A stretch of 64,000 bases of DNA, taken from positions 94,169,992-94,233,991 of the forward strand of contig NC_068989.1 in assembly GCF_001194135.2 (NCBI RefSeq). The letters run 5' to 3'. Positions within the stretch are counted from its first letter, which is position 1; each line of letters begins with the position of its first letter. The notes beneath the pieces were generated by a model. The model had not been told where the DNA came from and searched no databases. It saw only the letters and a list, made by a program, of their open reading frames with translations. Source of the DNA: Octopus bimaculoides. Lineage: Eukaryota. Made by a program: the position numbers and the translations under genes. Of this stretch, positions 25,170 through 38,289 are shown piece by piece.

Positions 25170-27519
25170 TGTAATTGAATAATCTAAGCAAACGGATGCA
25201 GATCATGCAATGAGTATATTGTTCAGTTAGCTGCAAGGATGTGTCAAAATGCAATTGCCAGTTTGCATTACATGGACATTGATAGGGTTTGTCATAAACA
25301 CCTTGAAGCATTAACGAAAATAAACAACGTTAGTCGCCCCCCCCCCCTCAGTACACGCACTTTCCTGTGCACAATGCCTTCATACATAATACCATGACTC
25401 GTACAGTAAGTGTTGTCATATAACCATAGTTTATTTATATGAAAATATATGCATTGGCAGCACCAAACGATTAAGAGATTTGCTTCGTGTTGAAGCGTGG
25501 AACTAGGGGAAAGGGAGTTTAGTGTCAACACAAGAAGAACCAACGAAATCTGGTAGACGTAAATATGCAGGCCGTCACCTTGAATGTACAGTGCAGTTAC
25601 ATAGATTGAGTAGCGCTCAGATAATACGTGAACATGGAATTATGGGTACAAAACTGTGCCGGTGGAATCGTCATCTACGTTTCTTATGATTAATAAGTAA
25701 TTCTGTTGAACGATTGAATGGTTCCTTGTCGTCATAACCAAACGGGAATCGTATGCTTTTATATAATTGAGCATGATGGAAACGAAATCTGATTCACACA
25801 CAGTCATACATGCAATGAAACACATATCCATTTGGTAAATCGGAAATAGTTGTTTGATTGCTGGTTATACTATATTCTTTGTAGGGTGTCAGCAAAGAGA
25901 TGAAAGCTAGTATTTTCACAGAGCATCAGGTTTTGAAGTAGATAAAGGTAAGTCATTCAATCTAGAGTTATATTGACCACTCATACATATATTTCTCTGA
26001 CTTTCAAGTCTCCTACTTCGCCAAATACATTCATACACAAACACATTTAAATATACACACGCATACATAAATTGCATATAAACACACACACACATGTATA
26101 TATACACACACACGCACTCACATTATGTGTCCATACACACGCATAAAGATATGTTGGTCGGGTATAGCTACGTTATTATGAAGAGTGCTTCATAACCAGA
26201 AGGTACCAGATTCGATACCACTGCCTGACATTTTGTATATTTTAGATGCACACATCGATCCCATATCATATTTTTTTCAAGTCTAGTACTTGCTCCAAGC
26301 TTTTCCTTGCCGAACTGCTAACGTTAAGAAGAAGGAAACGAACAAACAATTGTCGTCAAACAGTCAGAGAGACACGTACGCACACACACATGCACGCAAA
26401 CACATTTAGCTTCTCCACCGCATCTATTCACAAGGTGGTCGGACCGGAGCTATATCAGATGTATTCGCCCAATGTGCCGCGCATTGACAATGAACCAGAA
26501 AATATTTAGTTACAGTCTTGGCTGCGCCTATGTGAACGCCTGTCAACACCCATCCTACGGTTATAGTCGGACGCCAACTAAAATTGGCTGCCTACGAACC
26601 CTCAAGCTTAAAGTAATATCTAGCTCTTCACAATATTATCCGTATGATCATTAGCAATTCTGTTTTAAAATTTCTCCATTTTGAATATATTTCATACTTA
26701 ATCGGTTTTATGTATTTACATCATATCATTTAAATGTTTCTTGTAAAATTATTTTCATATGCAAATAATGATTTTATGCAAAATAGGTATGAAGAAGCGT
26801 GAAGCGTATTCAGCCGGCTTGAAGATATAAGTTACTTTATCAACCGTTTGTTTTATAATTCGTATATTATGGCCATTTAACATATGAATATACAGGGGAT
26901 GAATAATTTAGTTGAATAGTTCTCATATCAAATTTCTCTGGAGTTCTTTGTTAAATCCTTTAACTGTTGAAGTTATTTTGTAAGAATTTATTTCAACCGC
27001 TACCCGTTGGTGTAGCGAATACCGTGAATGGTGACAAAAATGACTCGGGAGAGCCTCGCTGATTGGCAAAGGATTGATCAAGCAGGCAGTTAGTTACCTG
27101 ATCAAATGGTTAATCAGTTTTGTCCTTAACATAGGTTAATTTACATTTCACCTCAACTAGAGAAAGGAAATATGATTAGTGCGTGTTTTGTATGGGCATA
27201 AGGACCCACATTGTAAATATATAAAGTGTTCCAGAGAGTTTTTGGTACGATGAATTCCTACTGCACAAAACATGCCGTGTGTACTAATAAACATATATGG
27301 ACATAGTTATATTTTCGTATGCACACTCTAAATCACAGACTTATACCAACATGGTTGGTTGTTATAGAAAGGTGTTTTGAAAAAATTTTAATTGATTGGA
27401 TGTGTATACACATACTTAGATACATACGGAAGCAGAAAGATAACGAAATCCTATGACAGGGAGATGGGATTTTCTTTTACATTTGAGTAATTTTAATAAT
27501 CCTTTGCACTAAAAGCAGA

Positions 27520-27680
27520 GGGCCTGAAATCTTGGGGGAGGGACTAGTCGGTTATATCAACCCCAGTGTGTAACTAGTACTTATTTCATCGACCCCGAAA
27601 GAATGAAATGCCAATTCGACCTCGGCGGAATTTGAGCTCAGAACAAAGACTGACAAAATGCCACCGACCCTGCCACCGAC
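27520..27680 (-). mobile_element. CORE-type SINE, partial
   Basis: tacttatttcatcgaccccgaaagaatgaaatgccaattcgacctcggcggaatttgagctcagaac. Confidence 0.75.
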
Positions 27681-27739
27681 CCCGCCACCTCGTCGCATTG
27701 AGCATTCGCTATGATTAATCGCTAGCCACGAAACCTTTT

Positions 27740-27910
27740 TTTTATTTTCTCTCTCTCTACTTATTTGTGTTCCTTTTCATGTTGAAGAGTGTAGGCTCGA
27801 AACGTAAAAGACTTTCTCACTTCCCGTGCCTTAAACTAATACATCTGTTTGTTTTTCACACACCAGTCTTCGTCTTTTGTTTATTTTATTTTTTTTGTAA
27901 ATTCATACCA
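27740..27910 (+). mobile_element. PLE-type 3' tail, family B, with minimal hammerhead-like motif, abutting microsatellite
   Basis: ctttt catgttga a gagt gtag gctc gaaac gta aaag (about 27773-27810), then aaactaatacatctgtttg...gtcttcgtctttt...gtaaattcataccatatata. Confidence 0.65.
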
Positions 27911-27939
27911 TATATATATACACACACACGCACGCACGC

Positions 27940-27990
<51 letters not shown>

Positions 27991-29695
27991 GACCTTTCCA
28001 TCGTGTTGGAAGCAGTCCACTGACTATTAAAGGGATCAAGCTTTCGAAGTTGCCTTTGTAAGTTCTTTTCGTTGAGAGAAAGTCACAAAGCTGCGTATGA
28101 GAATAACACCTTGCCAAAGTATATCTCAACGTATAGTAGCATGCCTTTTCAATAGCTGTTAGATATTGAAATCTTCTCGCATGACCTAACTAACCTGTGT
28201 TTTGTCCTTAACATAGGTTAATTTACATTTCACCTCAATAATGATTTTTTCGTAGTGTGGTTAATAAGCCCAAAATTGGAATGATATGTATATGATATAA
28301 GGACGGACAGACAGACAGACAGACAGAAGGAGAGGCAGATAGATAGATAGATAGATAGATAGATACGCAATCGTATATACAGACATCCACACGTTAGTCT
28401 TTTGTTTCCACATTCCCTCTTAAATACATCTGCACCTAAATCTAAAGATCGAAATACTTGAATATTTCTATGGTAGCATATTCGGTAGGAAGTTCATGAA
28501 AATGACTTACTATAAATTTTCGCAAAACAAATATTAAAAGTTTGAACGGAATTTTATTTAATTTCATAATTAGCAAATACAGACGAAATGAGATTTCATC
28601 TTCCTGGAGGTAGTAGACTGTAAATCCTCTAGCAGAGGACCGTGAACGGTTGAGATTAAACAACTATTTTTCAAAAGTATAATTACACTATCGTGTAATT
28701 CATCTTCTCTTTGGCAGTTTCATTATCTAAGTTGTGAAGATTTCCATAAGGTGCTCTTGTTCAAGTCTGGAAAATGTTGCTACCATAATAGAAATTTAAA
28801 ATCCCCTTCTGGTTTCTTCATCAAACTTGTGTTAATTTAGACTGATGTTTTCATGTGCCCTTTGGTCCCGCTCCACACAAATTAGTAGTACAGAAGTATT
28901 GATTAGAAATATAATTTAGAATATACACGAAAAGTTGTTCGAAATATATCTTCAAACGATTGCTGCACTAAAATTAATATAAAATATTCAGACATAGTAT
29001 TAACAAGATACACATGGTTTCCTTTTGTATGTGCATTTCGAGTTGTATATATATATATAACAGTTGATTTTTATGCATTTGAATGTAGGTAGCAAATACG
29101 GATTATTTGATCGACTGAACGAGAGAACCTCGTAACGGTTGTTCGTTCTGCTAGAAATAGCAGTGAAATGAAGTCTAACCGATTTCAAATAGTCATTCAC
29201 TCGGTAATGTACTTACTAACATAGACAGGATGCTGTCGGGGTTTGATAAGTCTGCTTCCTTGGTTTCGAACTTACTTGTGACTCAAACCATTTACAAAAA
29301 TTGAACAATATCGTTGCTAATAGAAATGGTAGCGCTCCAAATACATCAACAGAAGTTTTGAGACAATAATTTTAATCACAGTTTATTTTTAACTGAAATT
29401 TCAAGAGGATTAAAGGCAGCAAGCGTGAAATTTGCTGAGTCTCCGAGAATAATAAAACGAAATGGCAACGTTCTTTTCATAGAGGAGGTCATGGAATCAT
29501 GAAGAAGGAGGTGAAAAAAGCGACAATACAAGGAAGCAGAAATGAAAGAAATAACAAAAAACTACGTAAAAATATCACAACCTCTGTTACTAAAACATGA
29601 TTTGTGTACTGAGTATTTCATGGTTTCTGTGTGTGTATATATGTATGTATGTGTGTATGTATGTATGTATGTATGTGTGTGTGTGTGTGTGTGTG

Positions 29696-29745
<50 letters not shown>

Positions 29746-29773
29746 AACACACACACACACACATACATACATA

Positions 29774-30174
29774 CTGTAAGGGAAATTATCGTCGCCAACT
29801 AAACTTGACTAAGGGTGTGAATAACACCTACATTGCTAGAAATAGGAGCTAAAATAGTTCAATGCTGTTACAAAGCACACAAAATATACCCTGATATGGA
29901 CTGCAATCGCTCCGAACACCGAACCGAGAATTTCTTAGACTGACCGGCCAGTTCCGGCCTAACTGAAGATAGCAACGGAAAGAGCCAAAACTGGCCGGTC
30001 AGGCGAAGGAATTAGGAATTCTCGGTTCGGTATTCATGGCAATTGCAGTCCCGATCAGAGGATACGTTATGTGCCTTGCAACATCATTGGAGTATTTTCG
30101 CTCCTATTTCTAGCAATATAAGCATTATTCACACCTTTAGTCAAGTTTAGTTGACGACTAAGTTTCCTTTACGG
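29774..30174. mobile_element. fold-back MITE with TA target duplication (Tc1/mariner-pogo type)
   Basis: The 401 bp are an imperfect palindrome (ctgtaagggaaatt...caactaaacttgactaagggtgtgaataa...attgctagaaataggagc versus its complement at the right end), flanked by TA on both sides. Confidence 0.8.
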
Positions 30175-30532
30175 TATAACGTTGCAAAACAGCTGGTTTT
30201 ATTAATTCTACACATGTTTCGTTTTTGTATTTGGTTTGCAAGATTCTTTATGTGAATTCGTGTGTTGAAGCATATTTTATTGTCTGGGGAGATTCATTCT
30301 GTTTTAATGCCTTATTAACACACCCACCGGTTTGTTTATTTTTTGTAATATATTCGTTGCATTTTGTATCCACTTCATTGCAACCTCTTCAATAGTCGTT
30401 GAGAGTCAACGACTATTGAAAGAGGTTGCAAAACACAAAAGTTTAGAAAAAATAAATGAATGGAAATCGAACTGGTGAGCGTGTTAAGTAATAAGGCACT
30501 AAAAGAGAATGACTCTCCCCAGACAGTAAAAT

Positions 30533-30580
<48 letters not shown>

Positions 30581-31078
30581 GTAGAGAGAGAGAGGGAGAG
30601 AGAGAGAAAGAGACACACACGCACAGATGCATACAATAAAAGATTTATGTCGGATTGCAGAAGCTTGCTGAGTTGTACGAAGACACGATATAGGTTACTG
30701 AAACAGCATTAAATAAAATTTCAAATCTGCGTAATACAAAATATATACATACCGTTAGAATAAATAATACTGGAATTGTTTGAGATAAAATCGCTTGATA
30801 GACAAGTTATGATAATATCACAATATATATATATCAGCACAAAATCAGTGTCGGCGCAGTGACTGTTTTCAAAATATTTAAGCACGAATGTTGTTTAAAC
30901 AGGTGACAAAAGAGTGCTGGACATTGACAAGCCTCAATAAAATCATAAACGTCAGTCTCGTTCCAATGTATATTGTGTTTATGCGGCAAGTCTATGAGGA
31001 GGTTTTATATCAGATCCACAGCATTACATTGTGCCTTGTATAAACATTTACCATGTTAAATCTTTCTCTCTCTCTCAT

Positions 31079-31150
<72 letters not shown>

Positions 31151-31712
31151 GTTGCTATTATGTCAAACTGTCGTATGTCAAACTGTCGTATGTCGATTCT
31201 TTGGTCAAACTATCGTATTCCCAGCTGCTTCAGATGCCAAGATGTCAAAGATTGTCATAGTGTAGTACAACGGTTTTGCTATGGAATGGTGAAACAATGT
31301 TTTTCGTTTANNNNNNNNNNNNNNNNNNNNNNNNNNNNNNNNNNNNNNNNNNNNNNNNNNNNNNNNNNNNNNNNNNNNNNNNNNNNNNNNNNNNNNNNNN
31401 NNNNNNNNNNNNNNNNNNNNNNNNNNNNNNNNNNNNNNNNNNNNNNNNNNNNNNNNNNNNNNNNNNNNNNNNNNNNNNNNNNNNNNNNNNNNNNNNNNNN
31501 NNNNNNNNNNNNNNNNNNNNNNNNNNNNNNNNNNNNNNNNNNNNNNNNNNNNNNNNNNNNNNNNNNNNNNNNNNNNNNNNNNNNNNNNNNNNNNNNNNNN
31601 NNNNNNNNNNNNNNNNNNNNNNNNNNNNNNNNNNNNNNNNNNNNNNNNNNNNNNNNNNNNNNNNNNNNNNNNNNNNNNNNNNNNNNNNNNNNNNNNNNNN
31701 NNNNNNNNNNNN

Positions 31713-31749
<37 letters not shown>

Positions 31750-32715
31750 ATCACACAATCAGGGTGTGTGTGTGTGTACAAGTAAAAGAATAAATAGAGA
31801 AAGAGGGAGAGAGATGAAATTTATAGTAACACAAAAGACGAAGACAGGTGTATGAAGAACGTGTATCAGGGGAACACGACTTACGGGCATTAGAGAAATT
31901 AAACAGAGAGAGAATTTAAAAAAAAACTTGTAAATTTCAGTAGTCTATGTACCTATAGATAGATTTTCGTATTAATCCCAATATGTGGAAGAATAGAAAA
32001 AATGAATTTGAAAATGCACAGAAAGTGTATTAGAATTAAATTATATTTTAAAATAAGGGAATACACTTGGCTTGTTACAATTTAGATTTTCAAAATTATA
32101 TAGTGTAAGGAATAGTGTCCCGAATTATGTCTATTCTGGCCGTTGTTATTTTTTTCTAAAGTAGGAATGTGGCCAAGCACGCTATATCTTAACGTAGAAA
32201 TTGATTGGTCAGCGTTGGTATATTAAGCTCAGGTAGAAGTAGCGCGAAATGATCACTGGAAAGCGTTTCTCCATTGCATATGTCTTATGTCAGTTAGAAA
32301 AGCGAGATATAAATAAGTGATATCATAATTGGTTACATAAAATTGTTATACATAATCGTTGTTAATCATTCTGTCCAAGGCTAATGTTATCAATTACCGT
32401 TAGTTCTCTCTCAAAGAGCCTGTTAATGCATACCCCTTCTTTTGTAACAAGGTGTTGGGGAAGTAAGGTAAAGAGGTATGGTGTAAATAAGATAGATCAT
32501 AGCTGCAACATGAATTTTGTTTATCTTAAAGACAAGCCCGAGTAGATATTCTCCAATAATTCAGAAGAAAAGGTTAATCGTGTACCACTGATATTTTTTA
32601 TAGCATATTCAGCAATGGCTTGTAGTTAAGAAGAAATGAACTTATTAATTCTATATAAGTACAAATTACACACGTGTAGATATACGTATATTTATGTGCA
32701 TATATATTTTATGTC

Positions 32716-33263
32716 GGATCTTTTTTAAAACGGGGGCCACATTTTTCATTAATGTTTTACGTAGTGCTTTTGGTACCGAAAGACTTTCAAACTTCGTATA
32801 CTTATCTATTTTGTGTTATAGAACAGAAAAATATTTTTGTATTCGAATTTATTTCATGTAAAAAATTGTCTCATTTCGATAATTTCAACCAATCACTGAC
32901 GTCCATTCAGCCGATATACATTAAGTGCCGACTACATAAACAAACGATTCTTCGTTTTATTTGCTTTTTTCATTTTAAATTTGCTTTAACCCTAACCCTA
33001 ACTCTAACCCTAGGGTTAGGGTTAATTGTTTCAGAATCGTTTGTTCATGTAGTCGGCACTTAATGTATATCGGCTGAATGGACGTCAGTGATTGGTTGAA
33101 ATTACAGAAATACGACAACTTTAACATGGAATAATTTATGGATTTCTTTTTTTTTTAAGAAGACTAAGAGAAAAAGATGTTTTATATGACACATTCTACC
33201 AGTGATCCAAGTTTCAAAGTGTTTCGTTAATGAAAAATGTGGCCCCCGTTTTAAAAAAGATCC
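32716..33263. mobile_element. 548-bp MITE, GG..CC termini, 8-bp TSD (Merlin-like), internal telomeric palindrome
   Basis: 37-bp TIR ggatcttttttaaaacgggggccacatttttcattaa; TSD tttatgtc at 32708-32715 and 33264-33271; inner 71-bp inverted repeat 32881-32951/33033-33103; (CCCTAA)n-(TTAGGG)n at 32987-33024. Confidence 0.85.
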
Positions 33264-33420
33264 TTTATGTCTGTTCAGAAACGATAGAGTGAAAATTTTC
33301 AATTCTTTCATTACTAATTAATTATGTAAGACTAGATAATTCAGTATTAGCAGGTGGTATATCAATAAATATACATATGTGTGTATAAATATATGTATAT
33401 ATTATAAATATATATGTATA

Positions 33421-33547
<127 letters not shown>

Positions 33548-33737
33548 GAACATGCATGCAACCTGTAGAAGCCTAATATGCTGATAAAGTGAAATTGGCA
33601 GTCTTCTTCACATAATCGTAGTTGAAAGTCGATATGTCGAACGAAAATTATCAATTGCACACTGTCAGAATTGTAACTATCAAGATATGTTTCAATATAG
33701 AAATAGGATGTGAATAGAAGTATAAGAGAAATAGATA

Positions 33738-33782
<45 letters not shown>

Positions 33783-33806
33783 NNNNNNNNNNAGAGAAAG
33801 AGAGAA

Positions 33807-33847
<41 letters not shown>

Positions 33848-34224
33848 TTGGGGGGGGAGGAGAGTAAAAGTGAGTCATAAGAACGGAAAGCTCATCTTAA
33901 TTTTCGGCCTATTATTTCCACATAGCGAGTTGCATGCTTACTGTTGTTTTTTTGTTGTTTTTTTTTACTTGCTTAAATATTCTTACTTCTGCCGTTATCT
34001 AAACTTCCTTTATATGTTTATGTATGGGAAAAGTTTACATTGTTTATATGTATTTTGTGCTCTGAAAACAATATTTTGTTCAAATAAATCCTATTTAAGT
34101 ATTAGTTTTTAATACACATGAAATATTTGGATGAAACAAAGCAGTAATTAATGTGTGAATTGAAGCCTAAGCAGAATAAGAAACGGGGAATTCTAGAGAA
34201 CAGCAAAACGTAATTTTTGGAAAG

Positions 34225-34994
34225 TGCATGGTCTAATCAATAAGTATCTGGATTGTTGCCATAGTGAGAACACGAAAGCACGCAGAGAGAAGCCGTTTGG
34301 CACAGATTAACCTTGAACGTTGCTGTGCATGCCCACTAAGTTTTAACGTTCTAGCTCACTTCCTCTGTTTACAGCAGTACCTGATAATAACGTGTGTAGC
34401 GTGTGTTCGCCACATTGACCATGACAGATGAAGCTATGCAGAGAATCTGCATCAAATCTTGCCAAAAGCTTGACGATACCTGCTCAGAGGCGTTTTTATA
34501 AAGTTTTCATAGTTCTCGACACAATAAAACAGATCTTTTGCAACTGAAACCCGAGTGTCCTTTTGGTCAGCTGAAAGCAGTTTTGGCACAAACTTGGCAG
34601 ACACGCGTCTCATGCCAAAATCTTTAGTGATAATGGACTCAAATGAATCGTAACTAATCTGCACATCCTCTGATAACTCACAGTTGGTAATTCGACGATT
34701 TCCGCTCACGGATACACGCACATCTGCGATGTTTTTCTCAGTTCTGCTAGTTGCGGGTCTCCCAGAACGTTCGTCAATATCGACATTTTTTCGACCATCT
34801 TGGAAACATGTGAACCACTCGTACACTTCTGTGTGGCCCATACTTTCCTCTCTATGAACTTTCTGCATCACCATGACAACTTTCTCTGTCACGGTCAATG
34901 CGACAATCATACGTTACGCACGTTATTTCGAAGCATGCGAGCTTTAGCTTCATTACTATAGCAAGAGTCCGGATACTTATTGTCAGACCTCGTA
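34225..34994. mobile_element. internally deleted and rearranged mariner with both TIRs
   Basis: TIRs 34225-34264 and 34956-34994 (tacgaggtctgacaataagtatccggactcttgctatag). Plus strand 34421-34492 gives MTDEAMQRICIKSCQKLDDTCSEA. Minus strand 34493-34880 continues VMQKVHREESMGHTEVYEWF...DERSGRP...GMRRVSAKFVPKLL. Confidence 0.9.
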
Positions 34995-35209
34995 TATGAC
35001 AAGTAATTGCAATCCAAACACACGTAAACATCTTTGTGTCGAGAGAAACTTTTCAAAGCCTTTGAATTTAAGCGACTGGACGTATGTTAAACTACACAAT
35101 GAAAGCTTAAAGTGATTTGAACAAACAACGTTCTGCAAACTGACAACAATACACGTAAAAAGAAGTAGAACCAAAATTTAATAAATAAAAACCTTTAAAA
35201 AAATGAATT

Positions 35210-35364
35210 GATAGTTGTGTGGTTAATAAGCCCGCTTTACAACTGCATGGATTCAGGCTCAGCTTCACAGCATGGCACCTTGATAAAGTGTATTCTACTA
35301 TAACTCTGGCTCGACCAATGTTTTTGAGTGATTTTGGTAGGCGGGAAAGTGTGGAAGCCCGTCG
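35210..35364 (+). mobile_element. SINE family 2 head, decayed
   Basis: tgtgtggttaataagcccgc...gcatggcaccttgataaagtgtattctactataactctggctcgaccaa...gaagcccgtcg. Confidence 0.7.
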
Positions 35365-36535
35365 GGTATACATATATTTATGTACATGTATCCTTATGTC
35401 TGCACTTTTCACCCGCTTAACTAAGTAGTTCGGCAAAAGTGACCGATAAATTAGCAGACTTGCACTGGGGTCGATTTGTTTGAATAAATTTATTCATCAT
35501 ACACATACGGGATTGAATTAATGGTAATGTTAGGATGTTAAAATGTACATGATGAAGAATATCAAAAATATATGTAGCACTAGTGTACGTGAATAAGGTA
35601 AGTAAATATTACAGTTTAAACATTGTTTGACACATGAATCCAAGAATGGCACCAGATCTGTTGCGCAGTCACTGACAAAGCTTTAGTTTTTTTCTTTTTT
35701 TTTAACACAATCTCAGAGAAACCAGAAGTAATTGCTTATTCCAAGAATTTTAAAATTTCCAATTGAAAAAAATTCATTGTCGCAGAAAATAGGTAATCTT
35801 CAGTTCTTTTGTGCATTTGAAAATAATTGAAATATATCGCAAAGGGACAATCACGTCACTCATTCGGGAATAAGAAATGGACAAAATGAAGAACTCACTT
35901 AGATATAGAAATTGAAGATTGCTGTGAGCATCTTCAATCTATGGAATGTAGATCTTTCACAAGAATTCCGCAATCAAAGAATTATCTGATAAAATGCCTG
36001 TATTCCAAAATTTGTTTGCATTATTTTATTATAATAAAACTTTTCTTAAGGGTACAGCAGAGCATACGCACGCGCTGCAAAACATATATATAAATATATN
36101 NNNNNNNNNTATATATACATATATATATACATATATATATACACGATAGCATATGATAGCCGATACCTGTAAAGAAACTTTGTAAAGCAAGCAGAAGATA
36201 TGAGCATACATACAGACGCACGCACACATAAAAACACACATATACATACATATATACGTATGTATACATGTAGTTATGAATATACTAATACAAATTCATG
36301 TTTGTGCGTGAGTATATATATATATATATAAATATATATATACACTTCCAAATTTTTGTGACTTTGCATAGAATAATATAACAGGTGAATAAAGTTAAAA
36401 CAGTCTGGCTTTCAGAAATAGTGACAGAATATTATACTACAGAATTAAGACCTTTTGCTACGGAACTTAAAAAATATGTTAATGTATCCTGATTCTCTCT
36501 TCTTACCCAGATAAAAATCTAACACACACACACGT

Positions 36536-36580
<45 letters not shown>

Positions 36581-36599
36581 CCGGTCATTTCAAAATGCA

Positions 36600-36790
36600 A
36601 CATGTGAATCGTTGACGATTTTTTTCCCTCCGTCTTCCTTTTCTATTGAACTTTCTTCTGTTTCTGAAGAAGTGTTTTGGTCGAAACGTTCAAACCACCT
36701 CACTTTCCTTCCCTGGGCGTCTGCTAATATTTTTACATTTACCACGTCCTCGCGTTCTTGCGTCTGTTCTTCCTCTTTTTGGGAGATTTA
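36600..36790 (+). mobile_element. PLE-type 3' tail (family B relative) with minimal hammerhead-like motif
   Basis: gttt ctgaaga a gtgttttggtc gaaac gtt caaac (36660-36695). The tail ends at a (CA)/(TA) run. Confidence 0.55.
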
Positions 36791-37168
36791 CTACACACAC
36801 ACAAACACACACATATATATATATATATATATACATATATGTAATATATATATATATATATATGCGAGTAAAAATAAATACAAAAAAGGTGGGGGTTTTT
36901 TGTATGATTGTGTATAGAGGAATATATTATTTTGCTTAAAAGAGTTCCAACACTGTCTGTTTTTTATGTTTTATTTATATTCCTGCAGAACTAATGTGGG
37001 GTATAGAATATGGAATATACAATATATAATATAATATACAATATAAAATAAAATAAAATAAAAATGGATGGCACCATGAAAGAAAATATTGAATGTAGAT
37101 GAAATATTGAGTGTTCAATATAAAGGATCAAATATATAAATATATAAATATAAATATATATATATATA

Positions 37169-37211
37169 AAGGCGACTCGAGTTTCAGGGCTATTTCCCTT
37201 CGTCATGGCCG
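37169..37211 (-). ncRNA. minimal type I hammerhead motif (one-base core insertion)
   Basis: Minus strand ggc c[a]tgacga aggg aaatag ccct gaa ACTCGAGT c gcc: 3-bp stem I, 4-bp stem II, palindromic stem III, GUC site. Directly adjacent to (TA)n. Confidence 0.55.
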
Positions 37212-37349
37212 GTATGACAGACTTTAACAGTCTGTTAATATATATATATAAGTATGTATATATAGATATAATTTAAAACTCCATACACACCTACACATAC
37301 AATTTTTGAAATTCATAATATATATCTCTCCCTCCTCTCTCTCCCACTG

Positions 37350-37412
<63 letters not shown>

Positions 37413-37437
37413 TATGTATATATGTGTGTGTGTGTGT

Positions 37438-37483
<46 letters not shown>

Positions 37484-37498
37484 GTGTGTGTACGTATG

Positions 37499-37580
<82 letters not shown>

Positions 37581-38039
37581 CATAAAATGAGCATTACTTT
37601 TTGAAGGTCGTGATCAATGCTTTTCTGATAGCTTATGTCTTATATTAATTCTAGCGTAAGTGTCATTATGCGCAAATAGCTTCAGCTTTGAAGATCGCTT
37701 TTGATACAAAGCAAATTAATACATTGTTAAATTCAATAATATTATCTTAACATTGCATCAAATACCCAATTTAATTATTTCACTTTAAAGCACAACTTGT
37801 GTACAATAAAACATTTGTGATTCGAATTATAAAAAATGTCATTGCATAATAATATTCATTCTGCGTATGGTTGAGCATTCTTAGAATTGTCAGTTTGTAG
37901 ATTGTTAACGTGTATATTGCGGATTTTAGGGCACAGCTCTAGCGGTACAGTCGAAAAGATGTAGCGACAAAGATTCCTATGAGCTGAGAGTGATATAATG
38001 CCATATAGGAACATATATGTTGTTGATATATACACATAT

Positions 38040-38196
38040 AGGCCTGTTGTAACTGTGGTATGAAGTTTGCTTCCAAACCACAGGATACCGTGTTCAGTTC
38101 CACTGCACCTTGGGTAACTGTCATCTCCTATAGTCACGGGGCGACCAAAGCCTTGTGAGTTTATCTAGTTGATGGAAATTGAAAGAAGGTTGTCGT
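38040..38196 (+). mobile_element. SINE family 2 head
   Basis: gtggtatgaagtttgcttccaaaccacagg...gttcagttccactgcaccttgggtaactgtc...gaccaaagccttgtgag. Confidence 0.75.
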
Positions 38197-38210
38197 GTAT
38201 AAATGTGTGA

Positions 38211-38275
<65 letters not shown>

Positions 38276-38289
38276 CAAAAACTGGAGCC

